Assembly: GCA_963840455.1 (NCBI GenBank)
Contig: CAWIYV010000010.1
Coordinates: forward strand, 1 to 64,000
Length of the DNA stretch: 64,000 bases
Source of the DNA: Nitrospirota bacterium
Lineage (GTDB): Bacteria > Nitrospirota > UBA9217
Direction: 5' to 3'
Shown piece by piece: positions 18,876 to 27,657 of the stretch (positions are counted from its first letter, which is position 1; each line of letters starts with the position of its first letter). Made by a program: the position numbers and the translations under genes. The notes beneath the pieces are model-generated. The model worked only from the letters and a program-made list of their open reading frames with translations. It had not been told where the DNA came from and made no database searches.

Positions 18876-18934
18876 ATTGAACGCGGCGGTCAGGGGCGCC
18901 TTTTGGCGCGTAGCTGTCGAGGCGCAGGTTGTTA
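18876..18934 (-). mobile_element. Degenerate attC site (59 bp)
   Basis: TAACAAC-CTGCG-CCTCGACAGCTACGCGCCAAAAGGCG...GTTCAAT; aligns with site at 19549-19607; contains the TAA stop of the upstream gene. Confidence 0.6.
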
Positions 18935-19507
18935 AAAAATGAAGACGTTAATACCGATGCCAATAAATAATGTTTCATCTCGATTGCTGCTGCTCGCTGC
19001 ACTGCTGAACGTTGACGCCGATATATCAGTTTCGTTATGATTAAAGGTGTAACGAACTATCGGTTCAAGAGCTACATTTTTGGATAGAAAATAATCAATA
19101 CCCAGGCCGAGGGATATTTCACTTCCATGTCCATTGCTCGTACTCGAAAGACCCGAGAAGTTACTTTCGTACTTGTTTTTGGTATATGTGTACTCGACTG
19201 ATGCAAAGGGGTAAATGGTTTCTCTAGCAAAATAGTAGCGAACGACAGGCCCAATCCCGTATGTTCTAGCTTCAGAGCTGTCAGTTTTAAAATCCCAATA
19301 TAGAATTGATGCACCAAGTGCAAGATTTGGATATACAAAATACATGAATGCTGGTGTTATTGCTGTCATGGTTCCGCCGTCGTCGTTTGTACGGCTGTAT
19401 GAAATGGACCCCGAAAGGCTATACACTCCTTTGTCGATTGGAGACTCTGCATAGGCAGTACTGATGAGAAGCATTAATGCTGCAATTGCTAAGAACGTTT
19501 TTTTCAT
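18932..19507 (-). CDS. Outer-membrane beta-barrel protein (cassette gene)
   Basis: GGAGG RBS, MKKTFLAIAALML signal peptide, alternating beta-strands, terminal GIGINVFIF; AT-rich. Confidence 0.85.
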   Translation of the reverse strand: MKKTFLAIAALMLLISTAYAESPIDKGVYSLSGSISYSRTNDDGGTMTAITPAFMYFVYPNLALGASILYWDFKTDSSEARTYGIGPVVRYYFARETIYPFASVEYTYTKNKYESNFSGLSSTSNGHGSEISLGLGIDYFLSKNVALEPIVRYTFNHNETDISASTFSSAASSSNRDETLFIGIGINVFIF

Positions 19508-19548
19508 TATGTTTCCTCCGTAGAGATAATGTGATAAGCCTCGGTCAA

Positions 19549-19607
19549 AAACAACGCGCGGGTGACGCGCCGCTTTTGGCGCGTCGCTGTCGACCCGTTG
19601 GTTATTT
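19549..19607 (-). mobile_element. Integron attC site (59-base element)
   Basis: R'' AAATAAC, 5-nt spacer, L'' GGT(C)GAC pairing with L' GTCACC, central GACGCGCC/GGCGCGTC hairpin, R' GTTGTTT. Confidence 0.75.
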
Positions 19608-19641
19608 ATGCATATCCCGCGGCGCTTCTTTTCGAACTTGA

Positions 19642-19932
19642 TTAACTGAAAAATCTTCTTCCTTGTTTCCAATTCGACGTGGCCGATTGATATAAAGATT
19701 GAATGATTATTGCCCAAAAACTTGCAACGAAACAAAAGAGAGCCCATTCGACTTTATTTTTTGTCGTTTTCTTATAGAGGTAACGAGCGCAATAGGCGTT
19801 GATGGCAAGTATCAATATCATCCAAACGATCATTTCCACGTGGACTTTACCATCATGCGCAGAGAATGCAACAATAGCGCTGACACTACCGAAAATTTCC
19901 AGGCATATTAAAATTATCAGGAATATCCGCAT
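19642..19932 (-). CDS. Small hypothetical membrane protein (cassette gene)
   Basis: 96 aa, three hydrophobic segments, AT-rich, followed by attC. Confidence 0.65.
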   Translation of the reverse strand: MRIFLIILICLEIFGSVSAIVAFSAHDGKVHVEMIVWMILILAINAYCARYLYKKTTKNKVEWALFCFVASFWAIIIQSLYQSATSNWKQGRRFFS

Positions 19933-20063
19933 GTATTTGTGCCTCTTAAGCTATAAGGAGATTGAGCGGTTAGACCGCCTGCATCTACATAGCACGGGCG
20001 ACCCCCAAGGCCATCTGTTTTTCCCCTTGTACCTCCAATTCCTTTCCTGTATATTATCGGAAA

Positions 20064-21137
20064 ATGAGGACAAAATCGAGCAAAAGTAAGGACATCATCA
20101 AGCTGGTCAGGCCCGCCATCCGCGGCCTCGCAGCCTATCATATCGACGAGACGCCCGTGCGCGTCAAGCTCGACGCCATGGAGAACCCCTTTCTCCTGCC
20201 CGGCACGATACGGGACGAGATCGGCAGGGCAGCCGCGCAGGCGCACATCAACCGTTATCCTGATCCGTCGGCGAAAAAACTGAAACAGGCCATTGCCCGG
20301 GTCTGGAAGATTGATGCTGACAGGATGCTGCTCGGGAACGGTTCGGACGAGCTCATACAAGCGATCATCCTGGCCTTCGGCGGCCCTGTCCTTACCCCGA
20401 CGCCGACGTTCGCCATGTACGACATCACGGCGCGTGCCCTGTCCCAGAAGGTTGTCGCCGTACCGCTCACCGATGAGTTCGACCTTGACGCCGACGCGGT
20501 CATCAAGGCCGCGAAACGGACAAAGGCAAAGGTCATCTTCCTCGCCTGCCCCAACAACCCGACCGGGAACCGCTTCTCCCCTGAAGCGGTCCGAAAGGTG
20601 CTCGAGAAGTCCGATGCGGTCGTGGTGGTCGATGAGGCCTATTTCAGCTTTTCGGGAAAGACGTTCCTGCCCTATTTGAACAGGCATCACAATATGATCA
20701 TCCTTCGGACACTCTCGAAGATCGGCCTGGCGGGCCTCCGGGTCGGTGTACTGGCTGCGTCGAAGGAGGTCGTCGAAGAACTGAACAAGATCCGGCTGCC
20801 CTATAACATCAACTCGCTGTCCCAGGCAGCCGCGCTGGTGGCGCTCAAGCACTGGCGCACGCTGAACGCGCAGATTTCCCTGTTGATTTCAGAGCGCCGC
20901 AAACTCTATAATGCACTTCTCCGGACACCCGGGGTCACGCCCTTTCCCACGGACACGAACTTCATCCTGCTGTGGGTGGAGAAGGACGCAACAGCGGTGT
21001 TCAAGGCGCTCAGGAAACGCGGCATCCTGGTCAAGAACCTGGACCGGCCCGGCCCGCTCAAGAACTGCCTGCGCGTGACGATCGGAACACCGAAAGAGAA
21101 CGAGGAGTTCCTGAAAAAGCTAAAACAAGTTCTTTGA
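20064..21137 (+). CDS. hisC: Histidinol-phosphate aminotransferase
   Basis: KLDAMENP, NRYPD, GNGSDE, PNNPTG, DEAY, RTLSK. Confidence 0.95.
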   Translation: MRTKSSKSKDIIKLVRPAIRGLAAYHIDETPVRVKLDAMENPFLLPGTIRDEIGRAAAQAHINRYPDPSAKKLKQAIARVWKIDADRMLLGNGSDELIQAIILAFGGPVLTPTPTFAMYDITARALSQKVVAVPLTDEFDLDADAVIKAAKRTKAKVIFLACPNNPTGNRFSPEAVRKVLEKSDAVVVVDEAYFSFSGKTFLPYLNRHHNMIILRTLSKIGLAGLRVGVLAASKEVVEELNKIRLPYNINSLSQAAALVALKHWRTLNAQISLLISERRKLYNALLRTPGVTPFPTDTNFILLWVEKDATAVFKALRKRGILVKNLDRPGPLKNCLRVTIGTPKENEEFLKKLKQVL

Positions 21138-21370
21138 CACGGATATCAACAGGAGGCGCTTCTCAGCGAAGGCAAATTTGACTTCAGAAGAAGCATGAGC
21201 AGACCTCTGCTTTATCATGAATCCAAGAGAAAGCGCTAACCCCGTAGCCTGCTCCGGGGTTAGCGAGCGATGAGAATAAATAGTACTACCTTGAGGATCG
21301 GAGATTTCCTGCAGCTTGCTGCAGGGAGCTTCAATCTTCATAGCCGTTCTCCGTGTTGATCCGTATCAAA
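21133..21370. repeat. TTTGACAC-ended inverted element with a MITE-like element nested inside
   Basis: Left arm tttgacacggatatcaacaggag (includes hisC stop), right arm ctccgtgttgatccgtatcaaa. Confidence 0.6.
21218..21333 (-). mobile_element. ~115-bp MITE-like element (TGAAGC...GGATTCA), copy A
   Basis: Reverse complement of copies at 25258-25370 and 59298-59435. Confidence 0.7.
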
Positions 21371-21384
21371 CAAAGGAGTTGTTC

Positions 21385-21975
21385 ATGGCCCGCAAGGCAA
21401 TGATCGAGCGAAAGACCAAGGAAACGGACATCAAGATCACTCTGAACCTGGACGGCACAGGCGTCTACAGCATCAGGTGCGGCGTCCCGTTCATGGACCA
21501 CATGTTCTCGCACATCGCGAAGCACGGGTTCTTCGACCTCACGGTCAAGGCCACGGGAGACACGCACATCGACGACCACCACACGGTCGAGGACCTGGGC
21601 ATTGCCTTTGGTCAGGCGCTCAAGAAAGCGCTCGGCGCGAGCCGCGGCATCCGCCGCTACGGCGAGGCGACCGTGCCCATGGACGAGACGCTCGCCGAGG
21701 TGGTGATGGACCTCTCGGGCAGGCCCTATCTCGTGTACAATCTGGACCTGCCGAAGAAGTACAAGCTCAAGGACTTCGATCCGGGGCTTGCCGAGGACTT
21801 CTTCCGCTCCGTGGCGAACCACGCGGGCATGAACCTCCACATCAACCTTCTTTACGGCCGCGACGTCCACCACATGCTCGAAGGCGTCTTCAAGGCCTTC
21901 GGACGCGCCCTCGACCAGGCAACCTCGATCGACCCCCGTATCAAGGGCGTGCTGTCCACAAAGGGCAAAATCTGA
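21385..21975 (+). CDS. hisB: Imidazoleglycerol-phosphate dehydratase
   Basis: [29 protein letters not shown]; AAGGAG RBS. Confidence 0.97.
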   Translation: MARKAMIERKTKETDIKITLNLDGTGVYSIRCGVPFMDHMFSHIAKHGFFDLTVKATGDTHIDDHHTVEDLGIAFGQALKKALGASRGIRRYGEATVPMDETLAEVVMDLSGRPYLVYNLDLPKKYKLKDFDPGLAEDFFRSVANHAGMNLHINLLYGRDVHHMLEGVFKAFGRALDQATSIDPRIKGVLSTKGKI

Positions 21976-22011
21976 CGCGGAGACACGGGGACACGGTGAC
22001 GCGGAGACACG
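21973..22011 (+). repeat. Octamer tandem repeat (GAC(A/G)CGG(A/T/G))
   Basis: tgacgcggagacacggggacacggtgacgcggagacacg; first unit provides hisB stop. Confidence 0.75.
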
Positions 22012-22072
22012 TCGCAAACGACTTCTCCTGTCTCCTGAATTCCGGCTCCTGACCCCTTCTTTACGGTGTGCT

Positions 22073-22690
22073 ATGATCGCCATAATTGATTACGGCATGG
22101 GAAACCTGCGGAGCGTGCAGAAAGGCTTCGAGCGCATGGGGCGCGAGGCAGTGGTAACGCGCGACCCGAGGACGATCCTCGACGCCGGCAAGGTGGTGCT
22201 GCCCGGCGTTGGAGCCTTTCCGGACTGCATGCGGAACCTCGAAGAGTACGGCCTCATTGACGCGGTGCAGAAAAGCATCGCTTCGGGAAAGCCGTTCCTC
22301 GGCATCTGCCTGGGGCTCCAGCTCCTGTTCACGGAGAGCGAGGAGTTCGGCCTCTCGAAGGGGCTCGATATCATCAAAGGACGGGTCATCCGATTCAAGG
22401 GCGCCGAGTTCAAGGACCTGAAGATCCCGCACATGGGCTGGAATTCAGCATCGATCAAGCGGCGACCGCCTGCCATGGCCGACGTGCCGGACAACAATTA
22501 CTTCTACTTCGTGCACTCTTTCCATGTCGTCCCGGAAGACAAGGGCGTGATCGCCACAACAACGAGCTACGGCATCGACTTCATTTCGAGCATCTGGAAG
22601 GACAACATCTTCGCGGTCCAGTTCCACCCCGAGAAGAGCCAGGCCCTGGGGCTGTCGATCCTGAAACGCTTCGGGGAGCAGAAAGCCTGA
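22073..22690 (+). CDS. hisH: Imidazole glycerol phosphate synthase, glutaminase subunit
   Basis: IIDYGMGNL, LPGVG, GICLG, PHMGWN, QFHPEKS. Confidence 0.97.
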   Translation: MIAIIDYGMGNLRSVQKGFERMGREAVVTRDPRTILDAGKVVLPGVGAFPDCMRNLEEYGLIDAVQKSIASGKPFLGICLGLQLLFTESEEFGLSKGLDIIKGRVIRFKGAEFKDLKIPHMGWNSASIKRRPPAMADVPDNNYFYFVHSFHVVPEDKGVIATTTSYGIDFISSIWKDNIFAVQFHPEKSQALGLSILKRFGEQKA

Positions 22691-22721
22691 CACGGTGACG
22701 CGGAGACACGGAGACACGGGG
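22688..22721 (+). repeat. Octamer tandem repeat
   Basis: tgacacggtgacgcggagacacggagacacgggg; first unit provides hisH stop. Confidence 0.75.
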
Positions 22722-22735
22722 AAAAAGCAAAAGCT

Positions 22736-22841
22736 CCTTTGACACTGATTTACACTGAGAAAGACTATGAAGAGGCATGATACAACAGTTGCCTGATCAT
22801 GCTTCTTCCGGAGTTAAATCCGCCGGCATCTGTGTCAAAGG
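22736..22841. repeat. ~106-bp element with 10-bp terminal inverted repeats, copy 1
   Basis: CCTTTGACAC...GTGTCAAAGG; similar to 23641-23746. Confidence 0.8.
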
Positions 22842-22884
22842 TTTTCCTCTGCGTCCCCTGCGGTAAATCTGTTTTGAGGTATTT

Positions 22885-23631
22885 ATGCTCATCATTCCTG
22901 CAATAGACCTGAAGGAAGGCAAATGCGTCCGCCTGGAGCAGGGGCTGATGGAAAAGGCCACCATCTACTCGGAGGATCCGGCGACCACGGCGAAGCACTG
23001 GGAAACCCAAGGCGCTGAACTGCTGCACGTCGTGGACCTGGACGGCGCGTTCGCCGGCAGGCCCAAGAACCTGGACGCCATCAAGTCCATCCGGAAGGCA
23101 GTGACGATGTCCATCGAAGTGGGCGGCGGCATCCGCGATATCGCCACGATCGACAGCCTTGTGTCCATCGGCATTGACCGGATCATCCTCGGGACAGCGG
23201 CGATCGAGAACCCCGCCTTCGTGCAGGAGGCCTGCGCGAAGTTCCCGGGCAGGATCCTCGTGGGCATTGACGCAAAGGAGGGCCTGGTTGCCATCAAGGG
23301 GTGGGCCGAGGTGACGAAGGTGAAGGCCATTGACCTGGCGAAGCAGATGCAGGACCACGGCGTGATCGCCATCATCTACACCGATATCAAGCGCGACGGC
23401 ATGCTCTCGGGTCCGAACATCGAGGCCACCCGCGACCTGGCCAAAGCGCTCCATATCCCGGTCATCGCATCGGGCGGCGTCCATACGATGAAGGACATCG
23501 AAAATCTGCTTGCGGTGAGGCATGCGGGCGTCACGGGCGTGATCACCGGCAAGGCGATCTACAGCGGCTCGCTGGACCTGAAAGAGGCCATTACCTTCAT
23601 CAAGATGAACGACAACCGCTGCGTACGGTAA
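22885..23631 (+). CDS. hisA: ProFAR isomerase
   Basis: [37 protein letters not shown]. Confidence 0.97.
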   Translation: MLIIPAIDLKEGKCVRLEQGLMEKATIYSEDPATTAKHWETQGAELLHVVDLDGAFAGRPKNLDAIKSIRKAVTMSIEVGGGIRDIATIDSLVSIGIDRIILGTAAIENPAFVQEACAKFPGRILVGIDAKEGLVAIKGWAEVTKVKAIDLAKQMQDHGVIAIIYTDIKRDGMLSGPNIEATRDLAKALHIPVIASGGVHTMKDIENLLAVRHAGVTGVITGKAIYSGSLDLKEAITFIKMNDNRCVR

Positions 23632-23640
23632 GAACGATAA

Positions 23641-23746
23641 CCTTTGACACTGATTTACACTGAGAGAGGCTATGAAGATTCATGATAAACACAGTTCTTG
23701 ATCATGCTTCTTCCGGTTTTAAATCCGCCGTTATCTGTGTCGAAGA
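23641..23746. repeat. ~106-bp element, copy 2
   Basis: cctttgacactgatttacactgaga...gatcatgcttcttccgg...aaatccgccg...atctgtgtcgaag. Confidence 0.8.
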
Positions 23747-23812
23747 TTCTCTTCGCGTCCTTCGCGCCTCCGCGGTTCCCAGGTTCTCTGTTCCTTTTTC
23801 TAAAGGAGTCCC

Positions 23813-24667
23813 ATGCTGACCAAACGGATCATACCCTGCCTGGACGTGAAAGGCGGCCGCGTCGTGAAGGGCGTGAGCTTCGTGAACCTCATCGACGCCG
23901 GCGATCCGGTGGAGATCGCGAAGGCCTATGATGAACAGGGGGCCGACGAGCTCACGTTCCTGGACATCACCGCATCCCACGAGGAGCGCGGCATCATCCT
24001 CGATGTGGTTCGCCGGACCGCCGAGCAGGTCTTCATGCCCCTCACGGTGGGCGGCGGCATCAAGGTGCTGGACGATATCCGGAACCTCCTGCTCGCCGGC
24101 GCCGACAAGGTCTCGATCAACACGACCGCGGTCCACGACCCCGAGTTCATCAAGCAGGCGTCCCTGCGCTTCGGCAGCCAGTGCATCGTCGTCGCCATCG
24201 ACGCCAAGCGCGTTGTCGAGCATGACAAGGACTTCAAGCCGCCGCTCGCCTGGGCGGACGACCCGAAGTATGCGTCGCTGTTTCTTTCTCAATCCGCAAT
24301 CAGCAATCCGCAATCCGCAATATGGGAGGTCTACACCCACGGCGGCAGGAAGCCCATGGGCATCGATGCCGTGGCATGGGCCCGCAGGATGGAGGAGTAC
24401 GGTGCCGGTGAGATCCTGCTGACGAGCATGAACCAGGACGGCCAGAAGACGGGCTATGACCTGGAACTGACGAAGGCAGTGTCCGATGCGGTCTCCATCC
24501 CCGTCATCGCATCAGGAGGCGTCGGAAATCTCGAACATATCTACCAGGGATTCACGGCAGGCAAAGCGGATGCGGCGCTGGCAGCTTCGATCTTCCACTT
24601 CAAGGAATACACCATCAGGCAGGCGAAAGAGTACTTGCGGGAACGCGGTGTCCCCGTGAGGCTGTAA
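23813..24667 (+). CDS. hisF: Imidazole glycerol phosphate synthase, cyclase subunit (with ~30-aa insertion)
   Basis: [37 protein letters not shown]. Confidence 0.97.
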   Translation: MLTKRIIPCLDVKGGRVVKGVSFVNLIDAGDPVEIAKAYDEQGADELTFLDITASHEERGIILDVVRRTAEQVFMPLTVGGGIKVLDDIRNLLLAGADKVSINTTAVHDPEFIKQASLRFGSQCIVVAIDAKRVVEHDKDFKPPLAWADDPKYASLFLSQSAISNPQSAIWEVYTHGGRKPMGIDAVAWARRMEEYGAGEILLTSMNQDGQKTGYDLELTKAVSDAVSIPVIASGGVGNLEHIYQGFTAGKADAALAASIFHFKEYTIRQAKEYLRERGVPVRL

Positions 24668-24701
24668 CAACGAGAAGCTTTCGTCAGGCTTCTTTGCGCC
24701 T

Positions 24702-25094
24702 TCAGAGCTTATATCCCCCCAGGTAGTTCAAGATCGTCTTGATCAGCTCTTTCACATCCACGGGCTTCGTGAGGTAAGCGTTCGCGCCGAGCCTCATCCC
24801 GAGGTCCCGGTCCTTCGACTCGCCCATTGTCGTGATGATTACGATCGGAATATCGCTCTTCAGGCCGTTCCGCACGAAGCGGACAAGCTCCGCGCCGCCC
24901 ATCTCGGGCATGTTCATGTCCGTCAGCAGCATGTCGAACTTGCCGTTCATGAGCTTCGCGAGCGCTTCCCGCCCGTTCTCCGCCTCGGTGATGTTCACGC
25001 GCAGCATCCGGCGCATGTTCATGACCAGGAACATGCGCATGATGGTCGAATCTTCCGCGACCAGGATGGACTTATCGGATAGATTGAACGGCAT
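24702..25094 (-). CDS. Single-domain response regulator (CheY-like)
   Basis: ILVAEDS, LTDMNMPEMGG, YLTKP. Confidence 0.9.
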   Translation of the reverse strand: MPFNLSDKSILVAEDSTIMRMFLVMNMRRMLRVNITEAENGREALAKLMNGKFDMLLTDMNMPEMGGAELVRFVRNGLKSDIPIVIITTMGESKDRDLGMRLGANAYLTKPVDVKELIKTILNYLGGYKL

Positions 25095-25134
25095 TGCCCC
25101 TCTTGCCTTTAGTGTACCACATTCCCCGGACAAT

Positions 25135-25167
25135 AAAAAAGGCGGGAGGGATCCGATCCTCCCGCCA
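25135..25167 (-). terminator. Rho-independent terminator downstream of adk
   Basis: GGCGGGAGG-N6-CCTCCCGCC-type stem followed by T6 on minus. Confidence 0.7.
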
Positions 25168-25179
25168 TTCCCGTCCTGT

Positions 25180-25370
25180 TGAAGCTCCCGGCAGCAAGCG
25201 GCAGGGAGCTTCGATCCTCAGGGGAGAATGTTTATTCTAAGCGCTCGCTCCTGGATTTAAGCTCCCTACTGCTAGAGGCATGGAGCTTCGATCCTCAAGG
25301 AATTATTGTTATTCTAATCGCTCGCTAGCCCCTCAGCAAGCTGCGGGGAATGCGCTCGCTCCTGGATTCA
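25180..25370 (+). mobile_element. Tandem MITE-like elements, copies B1 (internally deleted) and B2
   Basis: tgaagctccc...gagcttcgatcctca...cgctcgctcctggatt occurs twice head to tail. Confidence 0.7.
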
Positions 25371-25375
25371 GGCAC

Positions 25376-26029
25376 TTATCTCTTCGATGCTATGCCCTTC
25401 TTGATGGCGTTCACGACTCCGTCACTGCTTGCCTCGCGGATCGTGAGGATCATGCCTTTCCGCTCGTAGTATCCGATAAGGGGCGCGGTCTTCTCGTTAT
25501 AGACATCGAGCCGCTTGGAGATGGCCTCTACGGTCTCGTCGGCGCGCTGGATCGTTGGGCTGCCGCACTTCTTGCACTTGTCGCCCGGTGCCGGCGGATT
25601 GCTCTTCACGTTGTAGATCTCCTGGCAGGACGAGTTGGAGCAGGTCCGGCGCGTGGTGAGCCGGTCGAGGATGACGTCCCGCGGTACCTCAATGTTCGCC
25701 ACGAGGTCCAGCTTGATGTTCAGCTTCTTGAGCAGGACGTCGAGGGCATCGGCCTGCGGTATGGTTCGCGGGAACCCGTCGAGCAGGAACCCCTTCTGGC
25801 AGTCCTTCTCCTGGAGCCGCTGCTCCATGATGCCCATGATGAGCGAATCGGGGACCAGGTCGCCCCGGTCCATGAAGCCCTGGGCTTCCTTCCCGAGCGG
25901 CGTGCCTGCCTTTACCGCACCGCGCAGGATGTCGCCGGTCGAGATCTGGACCGACCCGTCATGGGCCGTCAACAGCTTGGCGACCGTGCCCTTGCCCGCG
26001 CCCGGCGCGCCCAACAGAATGATGCGCAT
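25376..26029 (-). CDS. adk: Adenylate kinase
   Basis: GAPGAGKGT, ISTGDILR, LDGFPRT, Zn-LID C..C...CKKC, QRADE. Confidence 0.96.
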   Translation of the reverse strand: MRIILLGAPGAGKGTVAKLLTAHDGSVQISTGDILRGAVKAGTPLGKEAQGFMDRGDLVPDSLIMGIMEQRLQEKDCQKGFLLDGFPRTIPQADALDVLLKKLNIKLDLVANIEVPRDVILDRLTTRRTCSNSSCQEIYNVKSNPPAPGDKCKKCGSPTIQRADETVEAISKRLDVYNEKTAPLIGYYERKGMILTIREASSDGVVNAIKKGIASKR

Positions 26030-26166
26030 GGATGAAACCTCCTGAGATCGTGAAATGGGTGTTTCGGGGGGGCATTATGGTATGGATCGGCGGAAAAATC
26101 AAGAAGATTTTCGCCCATTCAGGCCGGTGCACGCATGCTCTCCCGCCCCGGACAGGGCGGTGATGG

Positions 26167-27591
26167 TCACGCGAGCCCTATCGCTTCCGCTTCGGCGAAG
26201 CTTCGGTACGGCAGGGTGACGGACACCGTCGTGCCGACGCCGACGGTGCTTTCGATCTCGATGTCCCCCCCGTGGTCCCGGATGATCTTCCGGCAGATGG
26301 CGAGACCCAGCCCCGTCCCCTTGGGCTTCGTCGTGTAAAACAGGTCGAAGACGTGCTCAAGGCTGTCCTTGGGAATTCCCGAGCCGTTGTCCGTCACCCG
26401 GAACATGAGAAAATTGTCCGCCAGCAGCATCGTGATGCTGATCGACCCGCCATCCGGCGTTGCCTCCATGGCGTTCCGCAAGAGATTCTGGAACACCTGG
26501 CGTACCTGGTAGGGATCGAAGTACGCGATGGGATGCCGGACGGCATAGTCGCCGGTCACCTTTATGCCTCGCTCCCGGAGTTCTTCCCGATGCTGGTCCA
26601 GCACCTCTTCCCAGAGGACCCGCAGGTCTGTGTCTTCCCGCAGCAGCTTCATGGGCCTGCCGTAGATCAGCAGTTCCTCGACCAGGTGGTTCAGCCGCTT
26701 CGTTTCAGCGAGGAGCGCGTGACATAATTCCTGCTGGGCCGGGTCCTTGAGCTCCCGCTCGAGGATCTGTCCGATGGCACTGATCCCGAACAGCGGGTTC
26801 CGGATCTCGTGGGCCACGCCCGCCACCACCCGGCCCATGGCGGCAAAGCGCTCCTTGTTCATCAGCTCGCCCTGGAGGGCCTTGAGCTCCGTCAGGTCCT
26901 GGAACACGACGATGCGATATTCCGGGTCCCCGCCGCCGGCAGCATACGGGGAGCTCGTGAAGCCGATGGGAACGGAATTGCCTCCCGGCACCTGCACGGT
27001 GATCTCCTCGCGTGCCCCTGCCCGTGCATGCAGGAAGGCCTGCGTCTCCGGAACGATCTCGGTCAGCCGGCTGCCCACGAGGTCCTCCTTGCCGCGCCGC
27101 AGGATATGCACGCCCTGCCTGTTCATGAGCTTCACGTTGCCGTCACGGGTCAGCAGCGCCACGCCGCTCGATATGCTCGCCAGGATCCCCTGCATGAGCC
27201 GGACATTCTCATTCAGCTCGGTGGACCGTGTCCTGACCGTGTTCTCAAGGCCCTCCAGGGTCTCCTTCAGGCGGGATGTCATCTCGTTGAACGATCCGGC
27301 CAGGTCGGCGAACTCATCCCGTCCTTCCACAGGGATCTGGTATCCCAGGTTCCCCTTCCGGATGATCTCTGCCCCCTGATGCAGGCTCCAGAGCGGCAGC
27401 AGCACCAGCCACCGGACCGCGGCGTACACGGCACATCCCATCACGATGAGCATGCCGGAAAAGAGCCAGAGGGGCCGGGCCTCGGGGCCGGTCTGGATCA
27501 TCGCGAAAATGCTGAACAGGACAACAAGGATGCCGAGGAGGAGAAGGAGGAATTTGGCGTGAACGCGCACGGGGACCATATGACTTCCCAT
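26167..27591 (-). CDS. Sensor histidine kinase (TM-HAMP-PAS-HisKA-HATPase)
   Basis: HAMP DEFADLAGSFNEM, AHEIRNPL, NLLRNA, DNGSGI, GTGLGL; start approximate. Confidence 0.9.
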   Translation of the reverse strand: MGSHMVPVRVHAKFLLLLLGILVVLFSIFAMIQTGPEARPLWLFSGMLIVMGCAVYAAVRWLVLLPLWSLHQGAEIIRKGNLGYQIPVEGRDEFADLAGSFNEMTSRLKETLEGLENTVRTRSTELNENVRLMQGILASISSGVALLTRDGNVKLMNRQGVHILRRGKEDLVGSRLTEIVPETQAFLHARAGAREEITVQVPGGNSVPIGFTSSPYAAGGGDPEYRIVVFQDLTELKALQGELMNKERFAAMGRVVAGVAHEIRNPLFGISAIGQILERELKDPAQQELCHALLAETKRLNHLVEELLIYGRPMKLLREDTDLRVLWEEVLDQHREELRERGIKVTGDYAVRHPIAYFDPYQVRQVFQNLLRNAMEATPDGGSISITMLLADNFLMFRVTDNGSGIPKDSLEHVFDLFYTTKPKGTGLGLAICRKIIRDHGGDIEIESTVGVGTTVSVTLPYRSFAEAEAIGLA

Positions 27592-27657
27592 ACTATACCA
27601 CAGGCGGGAACGAGTCAACGGGAAAAGCATCGTGCAACGGTGATCCCGGTAGCGTGA

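Noticed and set aside
19960-19990. attI or third attC upstream of the cassettes (GTCTAAC on minus)
   Set aside because: Only a 7-bp core match, with no partner box or hairpin.
21973-22721. CRISPR-like repeats
   Set aside because: Units are 8-bp tandem repeats without unique spacers, and there are no cas genes.
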